Below are positions 38,601 to 50,600 of a DNA stretch of 64,000 bases, in pieces. Below the pieces are notes generated by a model. That model was given only the letters and a program-made list of their open reading frames with translations. It was not told the DNA's origin and made no database searches. The translations under genes and the position numbers were made by a program. Each line of letters opens with the position of its first letter. Positions within the stretch are counted from its first letter, which is position 1. The stretch is from Lytechinus pictus (lineage: Eukaryota), in contig NC_087251.1 in NCBI RefSeq assembly GCF_037042905.1, forward strand, positions 18,230,001 to 18,294,000, read 5' to 3'.

Positions 38601-41600
38601 GTAAATTATGAATTCACTTACCAATCTAAAACATAATTCACTTTTGAACATGGAGCGTGGATATCATCTACTAGGATTAAATCTTAATTGCTGTTACATA
38701 AAAACAATCACTGTTTAATTTGAATAAAATAATCATGTTAAAACATACATAGGACATACAAACATATACTTAGTAAACTATTCTTTATAGAGGTGAGGTC
38801 ATTTAAAAAGAAAATACTCTGAAATGACATGCAGCAAGCTTCTTTGGGTTTTTTTTCCTCAAATTTGAATATCCTACTGGTTTTTCTCAAGCTCCTTCCC
38901 AAAGCCACTTAATGCTTGTAAATTGCACATTCCTCCTTGTTTACAGATTTTAAACAAGACATTACATTGTGTTAATTTCATGTAGATTTCTTCATTCCAG
39001 TGATGTACATATCATCCAGCTTGTATGTTACACACCTGTTTTGTGTCAATTTCAAAAAAGTATTTCCTGTGTAAGATACAACATGCCAATCACAATATCT
39101 TGCCTAGGCTTTACAGTCATTTGGTCTAATACCAATTAGTCTACCTTCCAGTTTGTCTAAGGCATTGACTTATTATGTCCACTTTCATTTTGTCTGTTGG
39201 TCTCTCATCACTTGGTCTATCAAACTATCACCCTTTCATTGATCAAATGGCCTAATATTTTTCCACCTTATGTTTATTTATTAGGTCTATTTGTCTATAA
39301 ATCAGATTTAACAATGTATTAGATTGACTTACGGGGTATTAGACAAAGTGGGTATTCCAATCACTTAACTTGGCTGATATGAAAATAGACTATACTGTAA
39401 GTGGACTAAACCAAATGGTTCATAGCAAAATTTATTATCGTTGAAAAAAGTGAGATGGGGCTGAATGGGAACCAGACTAAATGAGAATTAGACCAAATTG
39501 GATTAGACTAATTGGTGATTGAACTCACCTAAGAAGGGACAGCATGTATATAGTACGTGCCTATCAACCAGAGGAAGGGGGTCTAAAGACTGGTCAGATC
39601 CTGGCTTAGTACTATGACTATCTCTATCAACACTCACACCGCTCGTCAGGTGTAGATTACTGGGCAGAGCTGGGTTCTACAAATAAGTGAAAACAACAAA
39701 AAGAAAGTTGAGAATGATGTGAGAGGATATAAAATGATTGCAGCAAACAATAGTCAGCTTATAATGCACAAATACATGTAGTACATAAATTTACTTTGCC
39801 TTTAGAGTTTCTGATGAAGTCTATGAGCAAATTGTGAATCTAAAAGTGCTATTCACTAGGTAAATGGATTCACTGAATCACAAATTTTTTATCCAAAATA
39901 TAACAAATATATAAAGTTTGTGGTCCTGCAAAGTCAGGAAATAACATGCTGAAAAGCTTTAGTTTGTCCATGTTTAATTCTATAATCCAAAAATATAATT
40001 AACTATATAAATTATATCACAGACCACATGACTCCAGGGAAACCAAGAAAAGTCCTATTTAAAAAATTCAGAATCGGATTAGACGTACCTCAAACAGCCA
40101 TCCTAACAGAAGAAGAATAAGAAGTGAATTATGGTTGTCAGGATTCTCAGACCATTGTACAGACACTCTCCTAGAAAATAGAAATAGGACATTTTTTTTA
40201 ATTATATCCCCCAAAACAATTAACCCAGGGTTAAGCTCAAGGGGTGACATATATTGTAAACTTTGAGGTGCTGCTTCAATATAAATAGTTTCCCTGATGT
40301 TTTCTCAACTGTTCTCACCCCCTTCCCTTTCTTCTTTTCCACTGGGGCATTTTCATCTGTTTTCACTCTCTATCCCCATTCATACTCCTGCTGGGATATA
40401 TTATTATGCTATCAAAATTTTCTAGCGGTTTAGACATAAACATAAAATAAAAAATGTCTCTGTTCGAAATGCATGATATAGAATTTTCTTATGGGCAGAA
40501 TTGATGTTGTCCATCAACCAGGATGTAAACAGTGTTATGACAAACTTATGTTTCATAATTCACTGTCTATTCTCCACATTGACTGGTCCAAAATTGCTCA
40601 CGGCTTAGGATATATTAATTGACTATGCTCCATCGATGCATGTAACTTTGTGATTTGGTTTTCAATTATTTTCACAATTCTGGGCCCCTGACATGATCAA
40701 ATTATAATATCCCCAAAAGGCTGGAGATTGTATGTCTGTAAAGTTCAAGGAAACATGTTCTATTCCAATCAAAAAGCAAAGAGTGGATACAAGAACAAGA
40801 CTTTGCATGAGATGGCAGTGGTTGAGAAAACTTACCTGTGAATATCTCCTAGTAAACTGAGTGTTTGGTGATAAACTGGTATCTGAGAGGCCAAACCATC
40901 CATCATACTCAGATACTCTACAACCCATGGTAAAGTAAGGATCAAACGCTGCTTTGAGTCCGATAGAGACAAACACCCTAGAATATCAACTGTAAGAGGT
41001 GCCTGATCAAAATGAAAAAAAAAATATGTAAGTTCTTAACACCTTTTGATAACTTTCCATTCCCAAAAAAGTTAGATACATTCAATGAAACCACTGGGCA
41101 ATGTCTACAACCAAGAAGCTGCAAAAGGCATAAAAAATATATAATACCCAAAACTGTTTGGTATTGCAAAAAAGAAATCACTTCCGTATATAATATGCAG
41201 GGATGCCACTAGGTGTCCTCCAAAAATACTGAAACTTTTCGCGGGCAGGGACAGTGTCCAAGAACAATGAATTGGGGCATTGGCGGCGGAAGCCAAAAAA
41301 TTTAGGGGGGTCCATCATAAATTTTGGGATGGACACAGGTTAAAAAATTGGACAAGCAAAAAAAAAAAAAAAAAAAAATTAACAGAAATTTTAGGGGGGG
41401 GGGGTCCGTCCCCCCACCTCAAAATTAAGGGGGAAGGACCAAGTGGCTTCTTACCTTGTTGTGATCGATGACTTTGAGGTCAAGGTTTGAAAAACTGACG
41501 GTAGTTAGTTGTGTGTTGCTCCTAGAACGCTAGACCAAAAGCTTCAGTCTCTGTATTTTGGTTGTTCCGCTGAACCGCGTTGGCTCCACTCACCAATACA

Positions 41601-44600
41601 TAGACTGAAGAGTTGCTGGCCCGTACATAAAGATAATGTATCAGCTAACCCAGGGAGCTCCCCTGGGTTACGTATCAGCATGCAGCAGTAACGTTAGATC
41701 TAACATTCAGCTGAAACCCGATTTTCGGATCGTTTTTTGTACATAAAATGTCACATTATAAAAAAATAATTACATCCAAATTTACGAGAAAATATATAAA
41801 ATTCAGAAACATCGTACCTTAGACCGCAGTTACCGCTAATTCATTTCAAATGATGATCAAAACATAGTCATCCTCGATCCTTACATTGGTCATCATAAGT
41901 TGCCATCTTGGATGACGTAATCATCCTTACAGACGTATTTACCAGTCGCTATTATATCGCGATTCGTGCCGCTGCTTTGCGCTTGTCTATGTGCATGCGT
42001 TTAGAACTTGTCGCTCGCATTGATTGACCAGGATTTATTCTAATCGGAAAGCCTTGATAAAAGCATAACTCAATGAACGTAGTGGGTAGTGCGCGCATTT
42101 ATAAATTATGTACTGTATAATAGCAAATCTCGGGGAAATATCTCTCACTCGGTCGATCGACATGCATCGCAATCGAGAGAGAGGGGGGGGGGGAAGGAGC
42201 ACTTTCCGTTTGTTTTTAATACACAGGAAAAGTCGGAAATACGGAAATATGACAGATAGCAGGGCAAAAGACAGAATTCCGTATAAAGACGGAAAAGTGG
42301 CATCCCTGAATATGTGTTTTAGACAATAATGCTTTAGAATCATTTTTGCACAAAAATTTTCAAGTGAAAACAAAACTACATATGGTATAGTATATATGAA
42401 GTCTTGCTGCAGAACACCCTCAAATCATGTAATGATGCCCCGAAATATATTACTCAAAAGATATGAAAATAGAAATAAATAGGAAGACTTTCTGGATGCA
42501 TGAATACTTTCAAATGAATGCAGTATATAAATAAACAGGCAGTAAAGTATATATACAAGGAAAGAGGGGGCAGGGTTTTCTAGGGAAAGAGGAAGAGGAT
42601 GAGTACAGGAAAGCAAAAGTGAAATAAAAAAATTAACCAATATGATGTTATAAACAATTTGATAGCTATCTAATCAAAATAAAAAAATAAAAGTGATTCA
42701 AAACTTACCCTACTCCTCATTGTGATGACATTATCTTTCATGATATCAGGTAGATGACCATCACCTTGGTATGGTAAGAAGACTAGGAACCCCAAGAACT
42801 TGGACAACACTCGAAGAGATAACAAACAGGAACTGAAGTTTTCTCGTGCCTCCTAGGAAAAAATAACATAATGAAATTTAATAATAATGGTGACGATTAT
42901 GGTGAGGATCATAATAATAATAAAAATAATAATAACAACAATAACAACAACAATAATAATAATGATAACAATAATATCAATAATTAATAATAATCAAAAT
43001 AATATATAACATTTATAGAGTGCTTAATACAAATATTGTTATTAAAGCATTGCACATAATCTTGATTGATTGCAAATTTTATTTGTAAATGCATCTGTGT
43101 GATCAATCTTAACAGTAGCAAATTAATTCATACTTTTTATTGCAGAAAAAAAAACCTCTCAGTTACAAGTTATAAAGTAATAGACAGCAAGACTGATCAT
43201 AACTGATTTTAGGATCTAAACAATTACTTGCAACTGAAATCAAATATCTTGCAACAACCCACTTGTCTGTTAGATTCCCAGAAGTATCTACTTGCTGTTC
43301 CATAAAACAATTTCAAATGATCAGATTTGTTTTACTTACCGCATCAACGACAGAATTCATATCAACCTGATCAGCAATTGGAAGCTGTATGTCATTCAGC
43401 TGTTCCAAAAATAAGATTGCAAGAGAAATATTAAATTGGGACATATTCAGTCTCTACCATATCAATAGTTTTATTTACTTACTTTCCACCATATCTTTGA
43501 ACATTCAATTACAAACCTGAAAAATACTTGTATGTTTCGCATTATTGAATCCTAAAACATCTTAATATTAAATGCTAAATCCTGGTTTTTGCTTTTCTTT
43601 AATAATATGCATTAACTTGATATGATCTTCCCCAAGAAGGCTTATGTTATTGAATATCACATACATACTGAATGCTACATGAACACAATATAGAAGAAAA
43701 CTTATATTTGTTTTTATCAAATGTTTGACTACACCACAACTCATGCTTCAACATGAAAATAAAGGTAAGTAACCCTGGACTCAGACAATTTTTGTAGTAC
43801 TTTCTGGCGAGCCAATCTGTATAGATCTCTATGGATAGGAAAAATTGTTGAAAAGTGAAAACACTACATCACAGATGTTGTACAGCTTGTGGTGACATAA
43901 TGTAAAAAACAGCACATCAGTAGGGGGTGAATGTAGTAGGGGGTGAACATTAAAATTAATCAACGTATAAAACATACAGAGAAACGATTTATACTGTGTG
44001 AGTCAAAAAAATCTTGACACCTCACAAATCCCCAATTTAAGGAAAAAATATGTCATGAACACATAATCATTATATGTGGCCTTAAAGAATACGTTTTCCC
44101 AAATAATTTGATACCATATTTATGTGGTATGGCTTATCACTTGGATGATCAGGAGGTATTCTTTGCAGTGATGTAAATTTTGATTTGCTCCAAAGTAAGG
44201 TAGGACTGCAATGAATGAATCCAGATGTCAATGATGTCATGATCTACAAGGGTTGCATAAAAATCATTTTCAAAACACTTTCAGTAATTTACATTATCAT
44301 TGCTTAATAAACACTTTTTAGTATCAATTCTACAGTTAATTTCACTGAAAAGGGATTTGCAAATATGTTCACTAAGTCATGTAGGATTATGACATCATTG
44401 GCATGGGTTCATTCATTGCAGTCATGCCTCACTTTGGCACAAATAAAAATTTACATCATTGCAAAGAATACCTACTAATTATCCAAGCGTGAAGACATAC
44501 CACATAAATATGGTATCAAATTATTTGGGAGAAGATACTCTTAATAATGATTATATGTTCATGACATATTTTGTTCTTACATTTAGGATTTGTGAGGTAT

Positions 44601-47600
44601 CATTTTTTTGAATTTTTTTTACTCACACAGTAGAAGCTACCAGTACATACCTCAATGAGCTTAGTTGAAAAGCTGTCCATCAAATGTTGGTTGAATGTGT
44701 AACTTGATGGAGAAAAAGATTATAAATCAATTCAAAATATTAATTTCAATTGATCTCCTATCTAATTATACAGTCCTAATCAAGTGTTTTTCAGTTTGTG
44801 AAGCTTGAACTAATGGTCTTGTCTGAAGTGTTAAAACATTGAGTCAGAATCAAGAGCCATTGAGGGGGAATTGAAATTAGAATGAAATTGACATCTATAT
44901 GTGCTGAGGTTATTTCCAGTCAAAGTAGAGCTCCTGCTATGACAATTCATTCGTTAAAACAATACAGAAACAGCATTATAAACTTGTGATTCAATTGTTA
45001 CAGTATTTCTACTTGCACTGATAGCCATTTTTAAAATGAAAGTTAACACATCAAAAGAATGTGAATCTGACAAATCAAAAGAAATCTAGATAATTCTGAA
45101 AAAAAGAGGACATTATTTGGAATTTGTCATATCTTCAAGGTAAAAATCAAACATCTTTAAAAGCAATAATAGTCATGCTCAATGTGATGAAACTCAAATA
45201 CCCCCCTTCCATATTTTTTCTGTATATCAAGTCACCAACATAAATCAAATCAAAGGTACTCAATGGTAACGTGAATTGGTGCCAACTTAAATTCACTAGG
45301 ACCTTATTGAGCCATCTTGTTCTTTGTAACTTATGCAGTGATAAGCATAAATATTGAGATGCATACCTGTTTGTAGCTAGGATGAAATCTCTAAAGAATT
45401 CTTGACAACCTTGGAATGAAGGAGGTGGACATGGACCACCGGATGACGTGGGGGTTGAGAAACGCTCCTCTAACCTGATATTGACATAAATATGTACCGT
45501 AAGATAAACATGAACACAAATGGACTAAGAAGAAAATCAGGTAGAATTGGGCAGATATTTGTTACAAAACTAAGCTACAGGAACAAGGATCCATTCATCA
45601 TTTCTGCATATCAGTATAAAAAAATATATGGTGAAAAGGTACACATATTAAAACCCCTCATGCATCAATTGCTCTTACAAATATACACATCTTTATGATT
45701 GTAATACTAACAAGGAATTGTGCCAACTAAATTCCATGATACGCTCTCTATGAAATTAATTATAAATAGAATACCTTTTGAATTTTCCTGGATTCGTTCT
45801 CCTGAGCTGCTGGATGAAACTGAATTCCTGAGAATCTCCGCTATCGACCACGGAACTATCACCTTGGCACATCTGATGTAAATATGGATGGATGGACGAA
45901 TGAATGAATAAATATACAAATAAATAAATAAACATACAAATGAATAAATAACATAAATTCATCCCCAACAAATATTACAGTTATACAGTGTATGCACCAG
46001 TGAAAAATACTGACAAATATCATAAATCATGCACCAATTGCACACTTGTCAAAACTCTACCCTCGATAAAATACCAACCTTAAATACATTTGTCAAGCAT
46101 CGAACAAGACACAGTCCATGTTAATTCTACATACAAGTAACTCAATCAACAATTGTAACCCTTTTGCATGTTAAGAAGATATAAACTCAGGGTGGTTATG
46201 GTTACAGTACCTTTGTCCATGTCTGTGGGTCTCAGTTACTTTGTTAGTGCATAACGCATTGCTTAATAACTGTGACAAATTTCTACAAAGTTGGTCTTGT
46301 AATAAATGCTGAAATCATGGTTTTATACAATAATGAAGAATATTGTTTGTTGCATTCAATTTAATAAATACCAGATTAAAATTTCAAAATATCTCTACTC
46401 TCCAAGAATCTACCACTCACTTTCACTCTTGTACAAATATAATGAAATCATGAAAAAGGGCAAAATATGTCCTTCCTTAGCATAAATGTGATTTAACATA
46501 TTATAAACAGACTCTCAGTAAGTATTTTACATTGTCCATACTGATCATCTAAGAATCTGATATCTAATTTACTTTGAATAACCTTGAGACAGTACCTACC
46601 TTGATCAATTGTGACTGAAACAGCCTTGAGAAGTGAGTGTAGTTTGTCACATCCATATGTTTCACTAAATCCCTAAAAAGAATCAGGAATATTCTTGACA
46701 GTTAGAATGCCTCTCTTTTGCACAGAGAACAACTAATCTTGTAACAAAGTCAATTGAAGAATACAGTATTTATAATGGCGAAAATATTCAAATTGACTGG
46801 CTGCCAAATAATATTAAGAATCCCATCCCCCACCCTGTGTGTTACTGATGTGAATTTGCATAGTCTACAGTGTGTTGTACCTCTGTCGTCATAGTCTCCA
46901 TCATACTAAGTCAGATACATCACTATGATATGATATTGATGTCAATATAAATGACAGATATACTTTGTTCTTTTACAGCAAATGTCACTCTGGTATAAAA
47001 AGTAACTTTTCATCATTGCCATATGAAATCAAAGCACATTCATTTCCAAATGATGTAGTTTACCTGATCTTGTGAGTAAGTTTATCTTGCAGCTTCCAAC
47101 CAGGTTTATTGTGATTATCTTCCCAGTCTCGAACCAAACTGTAGAATCCATCTCTGTGCAGGAAGAGACAAGAGAGTGACACAGACATTGGGTAAATGAC
47201 GGATCAATTTATAATATTTGTAGCAAGAAACTTGAAATCAATTTCAAATGAATTTAGATTCCCAAATCAATCATAAATTTTAATATTGATTGCAAGATGA
47301 CAGCTGATTTCTCATCTGTGAATTTCCACAGAAGGTATATATTGAATCACTCGTAAATCCTATAATTTAAATTACATGTACAACTCAAATTTAAAATTGA
47401 CTGTAAAAAGGCTACCTGTGGCACAGTAATTGATAGGTAGATCATATAAAAAAATGTACTGGTATCAGTGAAATGAGAGTAACATTTATTTAGAAAATAG
47501 ACTGCAGCATACACAAGTAGAGACAATCGGTCTGTTATCTCTATTATCACTACCTGCTTTCTGTAGTCATGATAAAATGCACATATTATAAAAATTTTAG

Positions 47601-50600
47601 AACCCTCTACTCCCCTCACAATTCTATGTTTTCTATGTTTAATTTAATTGATATTCCCTATTAGATAACTTGAAAGCAAGAAAGTTTTTATGATTAAGAA
47701 AGCTTAATTTCAAATACTGATTTGTTTGTTGCACAGGACATTTCATGAAGTGCCTCATCTGTGATTTTTCCTGATAATTCTGCTCTTAGCCAATTACATG
47801 CAAGGATCTCAGTAACTTATAACTTACGTGCATAACACTTGTCAGTAAAATTCATTGACAAGATACTGTGACAGTGATCAATGAATATGAAAAATAACGA
47901 ATGAGGACAAAAGTGAAAAGCTAATACCTCTGTTTCTTGAAGCTGTGGAAGGATGTATCACTAGGGAAGTTCTGTCTGTTGTCTGTATCAGCCAAGAAAG
48001 GGACAACCTGCATGGGGGATGTGATAGCAGCTTGAAGTCCAGACTCCAATGGGCAATGATTGGTGACCTGTTCGAGCATAGTCTTCAGCTTGGGATTGAA
48101 CTGAGAGACTACTGAGCTGTCTGCCAAGAGGCGCAAGGTGCTCTTGTCAAGCAGAGATAGCACTCTACGTAAGACATACCAAAAAAAAGAAAGAATATTT
48201 GTTGAAATCATTGTAAATCAAATCTATTGGAAACACTTAGAAAATTTAACATGTACTTCTATACTGTTGAACATGCACAAGAAAAAATATTTTGTATGCT
48301 AATGATCTTATTTTATCATTAAAAAAAAAAAAATCACAATTCTTCTGGCAGAGATTTGAAAATGACCAATGATGAAGAATTGCCATACTATCATATCATT
48401 ATCACTTCGAATAAGCTTATTCTTGTCCAATTCTTTTCATCCCTTTCTATTAAACTCAACTAAAATCCACAAAAGGGTTCCAATGAAATGTTACTTCGGT
48501 ATCTCTGAAAATGTGAAGTTTGAAAAGAGACAGAATATAAAAAATTGTGCCTTTGATGTACATACATACTCATCATAAGAAATGATTTTAAACTATGAAA
48601 TAAAATTATTAGTTGTTACTTACACAACCAGCCTGCCAAGCACTGCTGCAGCAAAGTACACACAATTATGGATTGTTGAGAGATAATTGATGTCTTCAAT
48701 ATCATCTTCCAGTGAATGTATACCCTCATCTTCATCAAGTTTGCTACCCTTAGCTGTCAAAAGCTGAATCAGGAAGTACAATTCCACAGCCAAATTGGGC
48801 ACAAGGCTTTCTGCAGAAAGACAAGAAAAAGACGACATGGTGGCTCAACTATTGTTTCTTCAAATTTTGTTTGTGAGCCATGAGTAATAAGATTTGAATC
48901 CCAAGACTGCACTAACATCATTTGGCAATGAAAATCAATCAATAATTTCAAACTTTAAACCAGGTGTAAATGGCTATTAGCAGTACACATTCCTAAAATG
49001 CTGTGAGAACTGTATAAGGTCGTCTAAGTACTTTCAGCAGCATTTCATCTAATGTTAACATTATTGGTGTTTTTATTGTTTTGAATTCAAAATTAAGTCT
49101 TGTCACTTTTGCCTTTTTGTTCCATTCAGTGAAATAAACAAATAGTAGAAATAGCTAAATTATGCTTTGTAGTGGCATTCAAATTTCAAGCAGTCTACAC
49201 TACAAGTATACTGTATACCTATAATGTAGGAGAAGGTAAATCATTCATTTGTTTGTTAGCATGGAATATCTCTAGAGGAGACATTTATATTGCATGTCCA
49301 TACCTTGCAGAAATGATGCGTAGAGTTCTGCTATGAGGTCCAGTTTGTCATGCCTTGTAACTTTTTCCACATCAGGTGGTATTGCCTCTGTCATGCTTGA
49401 AACTGAATTACTGCGCATAAGTTTGGTTGGAGTGTGAGCCAAGGTTGTACCCTTTGGAGACTGAAAAATAGACATTCCTCTTGGGGACTGTCCTAATGCA
49501 TTTTGAGAAAATGGACTTATTTCTGGTTGAGTTCTCTGTTTCATCTTTTCCTGCTTCAGTAACTCCCTCTCGCTTTCAAGAGATTTTTTCATTTCGTAAG
49601 TGTCTCTTTTAGTTGCTGTGGTCTGACTGACAGGCGGATTAAAGGCATTGGTCTGGGGATTTTGACCCTGGCAAGAAGAGGCTGGAGAAAGGAGTGTGGT
49701 GACTCTTCGCCTGTCTCCGCTACTGGTAGATACTGCAGTTGGAGTTATCCTCCTTGGTGTGACTGTTCTTGTTGTATTAGCCCCCATTGGAGGGAATTCT
49801 AGGGCATTTTCCAAATCAAACACAGGAGGTTTGTCAATATACTTCAGTTTGTTATGTCCTTTTGAGCCACTGCTCTCATTCTGTCCCACCTGCTTTCCTT
49901 TACCTCCTGAGCGACGTTTATTTGATGAGCCTTTATGTGAAGATGAACTGTCACAGTTGGAGTCTCCAAAAGGACTCTTTCTGCCCCTTCCTCTTGACTG
50001 GCTTTCAGGAGTAACCAAAAACTGGGCGAGAGTCATAGATTCATCCTTCCGTGATCCAGATCCAGGGGTCTTCCTCCTGGAGCCTGTATCACCACCGCTC
50101 CAAGACACTTTTCTCCCATGTCTTCCATCTGTCTTTGATGGTGGAGTATGTGGCGATTGTTCTTCAGCTGGGAATCTTGAAACAGGGGTGAAATCTTTTT
50201 CTGACCAGCTGGACTGGCGGTTACCAGTAGCAAACAGTTGTGTACGATTGACCTTTGAACCTTCACTGCGCTGAGGACGTGTTTGACTGGCTCTTTTCAG
50301 TTTTTGTAAGCTGCTTGGTGTCCTTGCTGGGGAAGAAACAGCAGACGATCCCCTGCATACTAGGTGAGCCGTCTGATCTCTCAGGCTATTGATGAAGTAT
50401 GGTAGGAATTCTGTTTGCAGTTTGGTATCCCTCAACAGATCAACAAATTCAGAATTCTACAGATGTAAAAATAAGAATGAACAATGAAAACAAAATCAAT
50501 AGATGTATGAAAACAAATCTTTCATAGCCAAACAGGTTTATAAATGTCCTTCTGTATGTTGTTATTGTCAGTCAACTGGTTGTAAGCAAAAATAGCTCCT

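Noticed and set aside
49696..50274. 192-aa plus-strand ORF and similar antisense ORFs (1060-1422, 3580-3948, 9777-10202, 56482-56853, 58462-58926)
   Set aside because: Shadow ORFs opposite real exons or LINE ORFs, with no independent motifs.
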